A stretch of DNA of 52,791 bases, filler included, from Porpidia crustulata (GCA_964255105.1; 4 parts of 4 records of this genome joined end to end with filler, not necessarily neighbours in it), one strand, 5' to 3'. Positions 13,235 through 26,359 are shown, counted from the whole stretch's first letter. Program-made: numbers and translations. Notes: generated from the letters alone by a model not told the origin.

Positions 13235-14428
13235 GTCGTTATAGGGGTGGCGGATGTCGTAGACGCCGCGGCCACCGTAGGAGTAGTAGGGTCCTTCGAC
13301 GTTGTCACGGCACATGTTGGTTGCTTCGGCGCAGATGTCCTTGCCAACGGCGGTAGAGCGATTGGCTTGGCGGCAGTACTCAACTTGGTCAAGGCAGCCA
13401 TTGATCATGAAGCAAGCGAATTTCATGTATTCGTATACCGTATCGTTAACGGCTTTGATACCGTAGGTGTTGTGGTTGGCGAATTCAGGGTAGTATGGCG
13501 CCTGGACTGATTCGTCGATAATACCATTGATTATGCCGAGGGTGTCAAAGTTGAGTTTGACACCCGGGGTGGTCCCGTTGCCGATCTGCTGGTTTTGCAT
13601 GTAGAAATAATCGTAAAACGCGGGACCGTAATGGCCACCGTACGATTCTGTCCAAAGGTTGAAAGTTTTCTCCATCTTACCCTTACCCTCAACCCGATTG
13701 TCTAGCTGGGGAAGAGCACTTAGGAACGCCTGGAGAACGTGCCAGGCTGCAACGGCGGCGAGTTCAGTAGTGTCCAATATGGTGGCATCAGCAACCGGGT
13801 ACCTGCCATCAACAGGTCCAAAGGTAGAATTCTCATCCTCTCCGGTAAAGGGGTTGATACTACCCGGTGCCTCTTGCTGGTATGAGAAGCCAGTACCCAA
13901 TGGCTGCGAGAGGAACAGCATGTTCGATATTTCGCTCCATGAGTACGGGTTCACTTCAGTTGTGAGGTTTGCCGTGACATTGCAAGGGCCAAGTTCTATG
14001 CAAGTTTAGCCACGTCCGTCTCGCTTAAAGTTCTGCCTCGTCCAGTCGTGCCAAGACATACCTTGAAAGAGTCCAATAAGTGAATCGCTGCCAGGACCAC
14101 CGTTTAACCATAGAGTTATGGGCTTGTTTGCTGGGTCATGTCTAGCTTCAAAGAACCAGAAGAAGGTGTGTGCGTCTGGTGCGAGGTCGATGTAGCCAGA
14201 ATAGGAATTAACGCCCTTGGTCGTCTCACAGACGCCAGCTTTGCCGGGTTCCTTGTAACGGACAGTTGCACCGCTGGGCGAGTGAATGGTCTTTTGGCCA
14301 GTGACCGCTGCAGGAAGCCCTCTCGGGTCAAATTTGGGAAGTGACTTGGGGTCAAATTGAGGGAACGCGCTAATAATAGTAGATAAACTCAATGCCAACG
14401 AGACCGATTTGACTGTTGGAAAAAGCAT
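13235..14428 (-). CDS. Secreted serine carboxypeptidase (peptidase S10, carboxypeptidase S1-like); 3' end cut off at the contig end
   Basis: Hydrophobic N-terminal signal, [22 protein letters not shown], intron, ELGPC, NPYSW...[15 protein letters not shown], and catalytic-Ser motif [10 protein letters not shown]. Confidence 0.93.
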
Positions 14429-15369
14429 GACGAATTGCTTGAATGGACACTATTCCACTGAAAGAATAAATGCAGGAAAATAAACAGCATCGAGGGGTCA
14501 AGCAAGATACTTATACGATGGGTGTCCAACACTGATTCACAGCTCAACCGAGGAACAGCTCCAAAAAAGCATGGAGCAACAGTGTTATGACGCCAGCCTA
14601 CACCTTAACGGCAGCTTCATATCGAGCTACTGCTGCAGTGTCTTGCTCATTTCTGCACAAGCCTGCAGGCAACACCTAGGTAATGGTAAGGCACGAGGCC
14701 CACCTAGGCAGGTACTGCTCCGCCACCGCTGCGGTGGGCTCTTTACCAACTGCATTACGCAGTTCATCGTCCCTATGGATGCCCCGGGAAAGCAGTTGTC
14801 CAGCAAACAGCGAAGTATTCCGCAATGTCGATTGGGCTAGCGTTCTTATTGCCCAAACGGGCAGGTCAGTACTACGTTCCCCGCAGAGCCTTGCTCTAGC
14901 GGAGATTGAAAATGTCTCTCGTTCGGGTGGCAGGCCTGTCGATCCGAGACTCTCTAAGTCTTGCCATGATTATTATCTATCGGCCATGTCCTCTTTCCTA
15001 TGAATGTGGAGCCGGCCCCAATCGTCCTCGTAAAGTCGTCTGCAGCCACTAGAAGGCTGACTCGGGGCTCCAAGAAACAAAGAGTTTCGCAACGAATGAG
15101 CAAGACACATTGCTATTTGTGGATTAAAAGATAAGATAACCGGCGCAAGGCTTTTAGGATTGGGGGCTGTCATAGGGACCAGGAAGGACGAATAGAGTAG
15201 GGCTAGAAAAACCCTGAAAGGCTAGAATACACGTGATCTGGCGTTGAGGGGCTTACGCGCCCGTTTGACATTCGTGCATTCAACCTTCCTCACCTCCATC
15301 CTCCAAATCTCTCCACTTTCCCGTTCCACCTTCGAGACCCTCCGCCTTCCACCCTCCACTCCCGCCGCC

Positions 15370-15849
15370 ATGGTCTCCGAAGCCACCCCCCGCATCAACG
15401 CAAAATACCTTCAACCCTTCACCAACCAAACCGTCCGCATCCTCGGAAGAGTCTCCATCCTACGCGGTGACACCGCCACCATCGACGCCAGCGGCCCCAT
15501 TAATATCCACCTCACTCGCGTACGTGTACAACTTCCGCTCTCCTTCGCCCTTTTCCCATTCCCTCACGCCCTCTCTTAAGAATGAACCCGATCCCACCAC
15601 CATCGTCCGCCCGGCGCACACTCCCCCCAATTACGTCCCTCCCCCATACTGGCCCCAAGACTAACAATCCACCAGGACTCCCACCTAACCCTCAACAACG
15701 CCGTCGAGATCGTCGGCAAGGTCCAGCCGGACCTCAGCGTCAAGGTCTTCCAGGCAACCGACTTTGGCGAGGGCATCGATTTCCAGGCCGTCGAGGCGGT
15801 CGTGGACGCGACACATCGGTACAAGGAAATTTTCTACGAGGGGGAGTGA
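15370..15849 (+). CDS. RFA3: Replication factor A subunit 3 (RPA3/Ssb3), 2 exons
   Basis: MVSEATPRINAKYLQPFTNQTVRILGRV...IHLTR, intron 15520-15675 (GTACGT..CTAAC..CAG), then DSHLTLNNAVEIVGKVQPDLSVKVFQATDFGEGIDFQAVEAVVDATHRYKEIFYEGE*. Confidence 0.9.
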
Positions 15850-16280
15850 TGGTTGTATTGAAGACCCAGAGGGGGGACGATTCGTTCGTAAGGATGAGTT
15901 AAGAAATAGGGAAGAGGTGATGAGAGAAGGTGTAGATCCAGCCAGGGAGGCATGATCGTTGGGAAGGGGGTGGTGGAGAGATTGATGAAGGCACTGTGAC
16001 TGCAAATTGGGCTGGCATCATATCATGACAGGAATGATATCATGGCGAACATATGGTGGATAGGCGCATCACTATACGGGGGAGATCCTCTCTGAGTACA
16101 CTGCTATATTCTGGATGAGAATATCCTATCTCTCATGACTTCATCGAACCCAAGCGACTGAAAACCCTCCCACCCAGTCCAACGTGATTCGACCTGAATC
16201 CCTCAAGTGAAGTAACCACAGGACGGGCGACAATGCTTCACCGCGTCATTCTCGGCACGCATTCAAATCCATCATACTCC

Positions 16281-19200
16281 TCATCCAGCCTGTAACGGAA
16301 ATTTGATAGTAGCATGCCCGTTCTCGTCCACCGCAAGTCCAGGTGTCTGCGGCGAAATCGCCGACTCAGTCTCGATCGCAGCGCTCGCTGATGGAGGCTC
16401 ATAATCGTTCCACAACCCGCCACCCTGCTCGGCCGGGTCCTCATAAACCCCAAACCAAGCCGGAGGACTACTGGGCATAGGCGCATCCGTGCTCATGAAA
16501 TCTTGCGAGTCGAAGTGGGAGAAGTCATAGTCGTTGCGTATATTGCTAGGGCTACTTCCTAATGAGGGTAGGGAAGGAAAATCAAAATTGTCATTGGCAT
16601 CAGAAAGGAGTGATTGGAGATGGGCTGTGAAGGGTGTCAATTCCATTAGCGGCTGACTACTTGATTTGGTAGGCGTTTGCTTCGGCGTCATGGTGGGATT
16701 CAAGAGCGCTCTGGCGGCTGAAGAGAAGAAGTCGCTTGTTCTTGGAGTGCCATGGGGCAAGTTGGATTTGGGTGGAGTTTTGAAGGAAGACGCACGATCT
16801 TTGCTACTCAGATTGGGTGTGGTAGGCGATGGTACGTTTAGCTCATCCTCTCCAAAGATGTGGTCGAGGTCTTCATCTTCGTTGAAAGGTGGCCGGTTTT
16901 CCTTGTCTGCTTGATCGTAGTCTGGACAAGGTAGTTTGCTCGCGCCTCGCGGGCTTCTTTTCATCTTGTTTTCTTTATTGGAGTTATGGTCTTGTAGTAC
17001 TCTACCCCCTTCGGCTTGCGTTGATGATGTAAAAAGTAATCTTTTTGTGGGTTTCGGAGTTAAGTTATTATTTTCGGTGGGAGTACGTTGCGTGCCCATA
17101 GATCGAGCAGGTGAGGACTGAATGGCTCGTTGCAGCGCTACTGCTGCTGTCGAACCACTCATGCTGTTAGCGTTTGTCTTCGCTGGGACCGTCTGCACGC
17201 TCGACGCTCTTTTCCGGTTACTTAGGGGTATGCCTGTTGACTCCTCAACTCCCTTCTCCTGAGAAGCTTCGTTTGGAGGCGACGATGCGTCAGAGTGTAG
17301 AGCAGTACCGTTTGATGCGTCGCTTGCAGCCTGGCTATTTGCTGCGGGCTTTCGGGTCCTAGGTGCCCGTTTCCTCTTCTGATGGGGACCCCTTTGCGAG
17401 TGAGTTTTCTCCCATACATCCTTTGGGCGCATACATTTACGGTTATGCAACCAAAGACCACATGCTAAGATTACTCAGTAAAGCTTTTGGCACCAAAAAG
17501 GTATGACTTACGGTTACAAAGCAAAATTTCCGCAAACCCCTCATCAGCAGTCAAAAGTTTGCTCTTGATGATTCTATATAGATTTATGACCCCACTCTCA
17601 TCAGTGGTCAGTGCTTGCCAGGCGACCACACCTCCCTCTTCTTCAGAGATCTGTACATGTTCTGGAGTACCACTATGGCACTTGACCCACGCCTTCCTCC
17701 ACGTTGGTGTCTCAATGGCTCCGCAATTTTCACAGAAGGGCGGCATCTCTCCAGCTGCTATCGATGATTCTAAACGAGCTTGTATTGCCTTCTTCCGCCT
17801 AGCACCAGCGCAGCTTCCGGATCTGCCTCGCGAGCTGGGACGTTCCGGTATTTCTGGAGCTGGTCGCAGTGTTGGTGCATCTGATGCGGGCTGCTGCGCT
17901 TGCTGCCCAGACCATGTCTGGGAACGATGTAGACCAAAGGGACGAATAGGATCGCTTGCAGGAACTGCCGGTGTTGGTGGAGCTCCTGATGACGCTGTTC
18001 GGCTGAGAATATGGGACGATGAGGCGTATGTAAAGGACTCTTGCGGTTGAGGAGCTGCTTCTGGTTCCAATTGCTCTGGTTGACTAGTACTTCGAGTACT
18101 GTTCTCGCCTTCCGCTGTATTATGGTTGGGTTGCGGGTTCGAAGGCAATGTTTGGCGCTTGCTATGGCGGGCAGCCATCGCGAGGTCCTCGTCATCCAGC
18201 GGACGGTCTTCATCGTCCTCGAACAGGTCATCAATTGGACCACTCATAAAACCGGAGTCCAAGTCTCGAGATATGGTTGGCAACCTGGGGCTGGAAGGAG
18301 CCGTTGATATTCCTCGATACACTGGCGGTGAGGATGGAATATCTGGAGGCGTGTTCGAATCGCTACCGATTCTACTTTGTTCAGGCGATGTCATGACGGA
18401 TCCGGGTGGCTTTGAAAGCCCATCGGAGGGCGCGTATGGAGACTCGTATTCGGTGGGTGTTGCTGTGAAAGATTCACGGCCCAATCCGCTGCTAGGTGCA
18501 GGAAGAAGTGATCTTCTGATCATGCTAACAGGATCTGCAGTGGGAGTGGGGACCCTGGGAGGCCCGTCTAAAGAGCTTGCTGTATTTGCCGTTGGGCGGA
18601 TTGCTGTCGGCTGATAAATGCGAACGGACGCTGCGGTACTTGCCGCAACTCTTAGAGAATCAGACTGACTACCAAGACCAGCCTTGGTGGGCCAGTCTGC
18701 CTTGGTGACCTTGGCTCTCTTCTTGGCTGGCCCTTCTTCGAAACGTTCATCATTGCTTGCAAAACCGCTGTCCATTGATTCTCGTCTTGTAAGGTCCCTT
18801 CTTGCACCGCCGCGGCCACGCGATGAAGCAATTGACGCAGAGCGCGGCGGCCTACCCCTTCGTTTCGTTGTCGTAGCAGCCGATTGAACGCTTGAGGCGG
18901 GACTCGTCACTCGAGGGAGCTGTTCAACAACTCCTATGGCCGAGAAGCTGTCATTGTGCGAGAGAAAGCGCTGATCCCCGGTGTCTCCCATTGAACCCTC
19001 ACTAAGTAGACGCTGAACATGTCCAATTCCAACCCTGTCTCTCTGTCCAGAGCCTACTGCAGGAGATTGACTTCGACTTTGATCGGCCAATTGTAGGATC
19101 GTAGGATTTGCTTGAATGAATGATGTCCACGATCCAGTGTCAAATCCTTCAGGCATTATCCTGCTTATATCTCTGTACTTTTTCATGCTCTCAAGATATT

Positions 19201-19819
19201 CACTCTGCAGACAGGTCGGTACCGGCACTAGCCGGAGCTTTACTTCCAGTGTTTCTTGTGATCCACTTCCAAATAAGCCTACAAGATTCTTACAGACGCG
19301 TCCGGTAACGACTGTCCGAGACTGATGTCCAGGAGCGGTTGGTGTCGAGGAAGAAGATGCAAGTACCCACGAGAGCATTCCTTGACCCACAAGTGGAGTC
19401 TCGTACTCTGAATAGTCGTAAGCATACACGGTATAATCTTGACCAAGCTTTGCTACTAGTTCCGGGCTGGCTGAGACGATAGCCTGGATACATATTTTCA
19501 GTTCGATGACACCGACTTCCGTGGTTTCATCAAGATGGGCTGTTCGAATATCAAGGGGCTGTGGCCATCGAGCAAGGCAATTCGTCTTATTCTCGCTATC
19601 GAAGCTATATAAGACCTTGACTGCACAAGTGGGTATGTTAGGATCATGTGGGCATCTCAAGCTGTGATGATATTCACCTCTCATAAGGCGCACTGATACA
19701 TCGCCTGACCCTTGTGACTCCTCAGCTCTACTAGCCAATGTAGGAGAAGACGCGGTTGCTCGGTCGGGGTACCCATAATTTGGCACAGTGAACGGGGACG
19801 ACATTGCATTCCTGGCCAT
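16281..19819 (-). CDS. AMS2: Ams2/Spt21-family GATA-type transcription factor, 3 exons
   Basis: N-terminal Spt21-like block VKVLYSFD..KTNCLARWP...ELKICIQAIVSASPEL...DYTVYAYDYSEYETPLVGQGMLSW. GATA finger CENCGAIETPTWR...LCNPCGLW is joined across the intron at about 17465-17511; first intron 19621-19677. Confidence 0.85.
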
Positions 19820-20247
19820 GAAAAGGAAGAAGATCTATGTGGGACAAGTGATGTAAGTAAATCAGTAGCATAATGCCCATCAAAAAGCTCGACTGACCTG
19901 GAAGAGTTCAGAAGGCCTCGCTCTGTTTGACACTATTCGAACATTCCGAAAGAACGAATAACCAATTTGAAATGATGTATAGCAAAAGGTTCTAGCCTAG
20001 TTCTCTATGTTTCTAGGACTTAATCATAAGTAAAACAATGATCTAGGGTGTAGATATATGCACGGATGAAGAGAGTACTGAGCGCGCCTGGTGATACGCG
20101 ATTTGGCAGTCGCGGGGCTGAACGTATTACTCAGCAAGTTGTGGCCAATCGGTCACTAGCTCCTGGATCGCACAGGACCACAATTCTAAGTAACGGCTCT
20201 GAACGCTGCAAAAGTAATCGATCAAGACAACCGCCCTTTATCACAAA

Positions 20248-20824
20248 ATGGCGGACGCAAAGATCCAGTATGTGACTCATACTGTTCCTCGTGACACTCT
20301 CAAACTAACGCTATTCAGGGACTTGCTGAATAAGCCCCGTATGGAGCTCACGTACGTCCACCACCTTGAGACTGTCGTATGCGCCATATGACTTGACCCG
20401 CTGTATACTTGTTGGGCTCTTCAAGACAATGGCTGACTCTGATCTCTCTACAGCGAGTATGAGATTGCATTACTCGAAGAGCATGAATTTACTTCAGGAC
20501 CTCTCTCCATTCTACAAACCGCTGTTCGCTCGCACACACAGGTCCTGATCTCGTGTCGCAATAATCGAAAGCTATTGGCAAGAGTGAAAGCTTTCGATCG
20601 GCATTGTAACATGGTCCTAGAAAACGTCAAAGAGATGTGGACGGAGACACCCAGAGGTTCTGGAGGTAAGAAGGGCAGACCGGTCAACAAAGATAGATTC
20701 ATCAGCAAGATGTAAGTTGGCTCGAAAATTCAAAGATGCGATTACCGAGAGTGAGCTCTGATTGCTCACAAGCGTTTGCAGGTTTCTTAGAGGGGACTCT
20801 GTCATTTTGGTTTTACTAAGTTGA
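20248..20824 (+). CDS. SMD2: Small nuclear ribonucleoprotein Sm D2, 4 exons
   Basis: Spliced protein [82 protein letters not shown]...[23 protein letters not shown]. Not called in the ORF track. Confidence 0.95.
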
Positions 20825-20909
20825 TCGGAGTAATAATGTGTTCCGGAGATAAAAGGCGTTTAATCAAGATGAAGATATTTGTACTACAGTAAGAATATAT
20901 TATACCCCA

Positions 20910-22795
20910 TTACAAGCCATTTGCAAGTCCTGTCAGGATTTCACTTAGTCCGTAGGCTCCAGGGTCTGGTACCTCTTCGAATCCCACACCGCCTACATAT
21001 ACCGTCCTTCCTAATTTGGCTTTCATGCCTTTTGTCCCATCAGCACCTTCCTTCGCTGCTGCCGCCGCTTGTTTTGGGTCTTTTGTCTTTTTAAGGATGC
21101 TCACAAAGGGATACAATGCATCCATCAACGTCCGATCTCCTGGCTGAGCAGGAGTGTATTTGATTAAAGCACTCAGCGACATTTCCAAAGCCTTTGCCCA
21201 GGTCTCTGCCGTAACTGAGATGGGTGTTGAAGTATCAAGACTTCTCAAACTAGCAGCGAGCGAGTTAAGGAAAATCGCATATATTGCGCCAGATGTCCCA
21301 TCCATGGTGGCCTCCACAGCCTGGACAACGTCCGCCAAGTTCACCAAGACGTCACCGGATGGCGTGGAGCTCTCTAGCTTCTTTAGGACGGCCTCTGCGC
21401 CTCGTTTCAGACCAATGCCGCAGTCGCCATCTCCAACTATTGTATCGAATTTAGTGACTTTGCTCTCTGCAGCTATGGCACGTTTGAGACCTGATTCTAA
21501 GGCGCTAGTCCAGATCTTGGGATCCACTACCTTTCTATTAGCTCTCGTAGATAATGCTGTGGCTTGGTGGAACGTGCCTTTCAAATTACTTGGTTTTGTT
21601 TCGTTTTCGCCTGCTTCGAATTTCTTCTCGAAGTTTTCGTACACTCGCTCCCAAGTCTCTTTTTTGATAGCTGCAGACCATCCGTTGGCCTCGGCTGGTT
21701 CGTCTATCAAGTCCAGTATTGATTTTCCAGGTCCGAGGCCCGTATCTACTAGCTTAAGCACCGATATGATGAAGCCCGGCCCATTGAGGCTTCCGAAGAA
21801 TGTTCCCGAGATAACTCTCCTGGGTTTTATACCATAAAGTTCTTTCAATTGTTTTACAACCTCATTGACAATTCCTCCGAGCTCCAGATGACTAGTACCA
21901 CCAAAGTTATTGATCAGTAGTACCGTCTGGTCTGACCTTCCTATCTGCACATAGGCCCTGTCTTTGTCGTTAGGATCGAGCATCTGCGCCAACATAATTC
22001 TTACAAGGCCCGGTAAGTCTGTCCGTACTTTCTCGCATCCTGGCTCATTGTGCACTCCCATTCCGATCTCTACCAGTCCAGGTCCTAGCCTCTCCTCCTC
22101 TTCTTTTGCTTCTTGCAGTGTACGGCCTGGCTGGTGCACTCTGCTTAGACTTGCTCCAAGACTGACCAGGTTTTCGGCTACCAGTCTCCCCACTCTTGCA
22201 CAATCTTCAAGATTCGCACCCATTTCGGCCAAGGCACCACATGTCTTTATTACGAGCGCGGTTCCCGAAAGGCCCCTCCTACCCACTTTACCACTCTTGG
22301 CTCGTCCTACTCCAACATCATCGCCAACGACTACCACCTCCACTTGTTTCCCTAGTGCTCTCGCATTTTCCACTCCCATCCCAAAATTCAGCACGTCGCC
22401 AGTATAATTGGTGACGATGCACAAAGTTCCCTGTGACTCTGCAGGTAGCCTTTGCAATAAGCACGCTCTGACTTGCTGGGCTCCGGGAGAGGCAAAGATG
22501 GTGCCTGCGACGCAGGCGTTGAGGACACCTCGTCCAACAGTGGAGGCCCATCCAGGTTCATGGCCAGAGCCCCCACCAGAGATGACAGAGACATTTCGAA
22601 GACTTGTGAGCGAAGCTGGTTGTCGATACACGATCTTATTGGTCTCATCAAACAGAAGAGAAGGATTAGTCAAGGTAGCAGCTCGAAGAGCAGAAAGAAC
22701 CGCTTGGATGGGATCGTCAAGGTAATGCTTCGCTGGGATAATTGAAAGTTAGTAAGTGCTGAGGGTGAAAAGGCTTCTGTGCACCGACCTGACAT
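20910..22795 (-). CDS. DAK1: Dihydroxyacetone kinase (Dak1 + Dak2 domains)
   Basis: ATG TCA G, intron, AKHYLDDP...; motifs SGGGSGHEP, IFASP, NYTGDVLNFG, GRRGLSG, GMGVHNEPG, GDGDCG, MDGTSGAIY, GDRTLMDAL and VPDPGA. Confidence 0.95.
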
Positions 22796-23203
22796 TGTAG
22801 GAAAAACTTTGGACTTGGTGCCATCAATCCAAAAGCATATTTCGAGGCAGAAGCTCAATTTGCCTTTGATGCCTTACCCCATACTCGTTGCTTTACGGAG
22901 AATGGTGTGCGCGGGGCGATCGTGCGGGGGAATTGGTGGGGCAAACTGACACTCGGCAGACCTGCCCAATGGGTACGTCTACTTGGCAACCTTCTGAGGC
23001 GTCAGCATTCGTCAGGTACCATACATTATACTTATGATTCAGTGAGAGTCTATGGATCTTCACTTTCCTCAATGAATGCAGTAATATCAAAAACAGGACT
23101 TTCCCAAAGAACGTTCAGAGTCTTGGCAGCAAGCGTGAGCCTATGTACATTTCCTGGCCTGTGATATACCACTGACAGCTTATAGCTAGCCATAAATCGC
23201 GCC
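22796..23203. promoter_or_regulatory. Probable bidirectional promoter shared by DAK1 and GLO2
   Basis: 408-bp gap between divergent start codons. Inferred from geometry only; no specific site identified. Confidence 0.5.
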
Positions 23204-24393
23204 ATGCATATTCAATCGATTCCAATGTGTACGGCAGAGGATCTGGAAATTGCCAAGTATCCTTTTGCATCTCGCTAAGACATTGTATTCAAACAGGGAC
23301 GGGGTCGAGTAACAACTATGCGTATCTGGTCGTAGACGACAAATCGAAAGATGCCGTTATCATCGATCCTGCGAATCCTCCAGAGTATGTCTGATGGAAG
23401 TCAAGAGCAGGGCTCCAGGGATAACACGTCGCTCTAGAGTTGCGCCAATATTAAAGGACCAGATTGAGGCGGGCAAAATAAATCTGACAGCTATCATGAA
23501 CACTCACCAGTGAGTGTGCTCAAACTTCGGGTTTCTGCAGAATACTAAGGTTTGGGAAGTCATTGGGACCATGCAGGCGGAAATTCTAAGATGGTTAGAT
23601 TTGAGAATTTGCCCTCAGTGTCTTAAGGTCTAATGGGTATTCCAGCTTGCGCAATTCAAGGACTTGCCCGTCATCGGTGGAAAGCAATGTGATGCCGTTA
23701 CCAGAACACCTAAGCACGATGAGACATTCAAAATTGGTCAGGTTATAACGGTAAAGGCCTTACATACGCCATGCCATACCCAAGACAGCATTTGCTGGTT
23801 AATGGAGGACGGGAACGATCGGGTGGTATTCACGGGAGACACCCTATTCGTAGGAGGTATGAATCATGAGACACTCCAAGAGATCATATCACCAATCTTT
23901 CTCTTCAGGCTGTGGACGCTTCTTCGAGGGAACTCCAGAAGAAATGAATACAGCCCTTAACAAGACTCTTGCTGCTTTACCTGATGATACCAAAGTCTAT
24001 GTAGGTAAATTCGAGTGTAACAAGGGATACCAACGTTCTGATCCTCAGTAGCCTGGTCACGAGTACACGAAGCAGAACGTCAAATTCCTTACTACAGTCC
24101 TCCAAAATGAGGCGGTGAAGAAACTGCATTCATTTGCTGAAAACAATGAAGAAACTCAAGGCAAATTTACGATTGGCGATGAGAAGGCGAGTTCCCGGTC
24201 TGAGACTAATGTTTGAAGAGTGCTGATGACCTCCAGCAATACAACGTTTTCATGAAATTGAATGTGAGTATTTTGAGGCCAAATTTGATGCTAATGCTGA
24301 ACTTTCCAGGATCCAGTAGTGCAGAAAGCCACTGGGAAGACTGATCCGATAGATGTCATGGGGAAGCTGAGAGAGATGAAGAACAATATGTGA
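23204..24393 (+). CDS. GLO2: Glyoxalase II (hydroxyacylglutathione hydrolase), 9 exons
   Basis: Spliced [20 protein letters not shown]...IIDPANP...[12 protein letters not shown]...[10 protein letters not shown]...[17 protein letters not shown]...VYPGHEYT...TIGDEKQYNVFM...LREMKNNM*. Carries the metallo-beta-lactamase motif THxHxDH. Confidence 0.95.
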
Positions 24394-24848
24394 AATCCGT
24401 TTTATCCTGGTGTTACCACGCAGCTCCTGGCCCACTGTCGAATGAACCAACTAACGTTTAGGTTTTGCTAGGCCCTCATCTAGAATGAAAAGTAGTTTAT
24501 GAGAACGCAAACCCTATTAGGAGACATTTTCATTTGTAAGGTGCCTCGATATCTATACAGCGATTTCTCCATTAAACCATTCACATCCTTCGGATTGACA
24601 GCTGCAGCGATGCTTGGGCATGCAGCTTTCGTCATCATGACGTATGCGAGTTGGAAATCATTACACGGGACATTACATTGCTCTTTCAGTGTCGTGATAT
24701 TCGAGGTTAAACATTAGCATCTTATCTAGGACCCTACTGTCTGTAAGGACGCGGGCTTCTTTTACCTCAGAAGCATCTCGCAATTTGAGCTTGAATCTCA
24801 GTGTATTTTACCTAACCAGCTTCCTGCATTTTGGCTACAATCACAAAC

Positions 24849-25734
24849 ATGAGCAGTGTAGATAAACTCACAAACGATGCCACCGGCAATCCTCTCTCCA
24901 CAAAGAGCCAGGTGCTAGAGACTGGAGCTGCAGCTTCGCAGGTCCTATACCCATTAACAAGTATCCTTATGGACTTTCCTCACTGACCCACTTTCCCTGG
25001 TCCAGAACTTCGCCCCTGTGAAACAAATCTGCGCCCATCTAAATGCATTTCATGTCTATGCCTCAGACCCAAGACGATGCGTAGAGGCAAACCATTATTG
25101 CTCCCATCTCAATGAGGGTGGGTAGGCCCTTTTCATCTCCTTGGGCTTTGCGCTGGCCATCCTGATGCTGAATTGATATCTGCGCAGACGTCCGTCAATG
25201 CCTCATCTACGATGCCCCTACGCCCAACGCTCGCCTCATCGGCGTTGAATATATGATCAGCGCTACTCTCTATAATACCCTCGATGCCGAAGAGCGCAGG
25301 CTTTGGCATTCCCATGCGTTCGAGGTTAAGAGCGGCATGCTGATCATGCCCGGGCCCCAAGGTCTTCCCACAGGGCTATGGGAAGAAGCGGAGACGAAGG
25401 AGATGGAGGACGTCGTGGGGCTGTATGGGAAGACTTATCATTTCTGGCAAGTGGACAGAGGCGACAAATTACCTTTAGGTCAGCCAGAATTGATGATGAG
25501 TTTTACAAATGAGAACCAAATCTCGGCGTATGAGGGGAAGCTTGAGGAGAGGGATAAGAGATATGGGGTGAGTAGTCAGGGGAAGAAGGCGAAGAGAGGG
25601 TATGTTCCTGAACCGGAGATCCATGAAGGTCGGCCATGCTGCTGCTACTGGCATATTCGACAAAAGCTGACGATGCCGATACAGATGCAGACAACGTGTG
25701 GAAAGAGGCAAAGGCACAGGAATTCAAGAAGTAG
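24849..25734 (+). CDS. DUF1264 / oil-body-associated-protein-like protein, 4 exons
   Basis: [47 protein letters not shown]...RLIGVEYMI...[14 protein letters not shown]...[26 protein letters not shown]. Confidence 0.88.
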
Positions 25735-26281
25735 AAGCTTAATAAATAAACTCAACAGGAACACCACATTATTGTCAAGTGCACAAACCATTCATGTGTA
25801 TTGCCGAATCTTATCCCCATCCGTTACCACTTACTGATGAGCCTTCGAATTCGTCCACAGTCAGAAGCATATGCTTTGATATACGGTCGAAATTGTCAAA
25901 GATATTCTTTTCAAGAATCGATAGGATCAGTAATACACTTATAAATCTAGACTCGGGATGCAGAACATGTCAACGAGATCGAAGGGCGCCTTCTCCCTCT
26001 TGCAATGATTTTACCATAATGCCCCGCCCTCCCCTCTCCTCATAGCCCCAAAATGCCTGAAATAAATCCTCCAGCCCCCCTCAATCCAGCAAGAAGAATC
26101 TGGACGTCGCATTCAATGAATAGCATGACGGGAAGCCAAAGGAACCCCGCGCATCACAAAGAATGCGCAAGATGTTGTTTCAATCTTGCTTCTCTGTCCA
26201 CACTTGCGCGTCCTAGAGATGGCGACGGCTAGCTCTAGCAAATTTAGAAGCTTTGGGGGTTTTCGAACGAGTGACAATAGC

Positions 26282-26283
<2 letters not shown>

Positions 26284-26327
<44 letters not shown>

Positions 26328-26331
26328 TATA
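26284..26331. repeat. (GA)21 microsatellite followed by a short (TA)n
   Basis: Read directly; lies just before the contig end and may have caused the assembly break. Confidence 0.95.
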
Positions 26332-26359
26332 GATTTAAGAAAAAAAAATAAGAAAGTAT

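Noticed and set aside
17487..18887. Long plus-strand ORFs opposite AMS2 (likewise those opposite DAK1, Btz and NBR1)
   Set aside because: Antisense shadows of real coding sequence.
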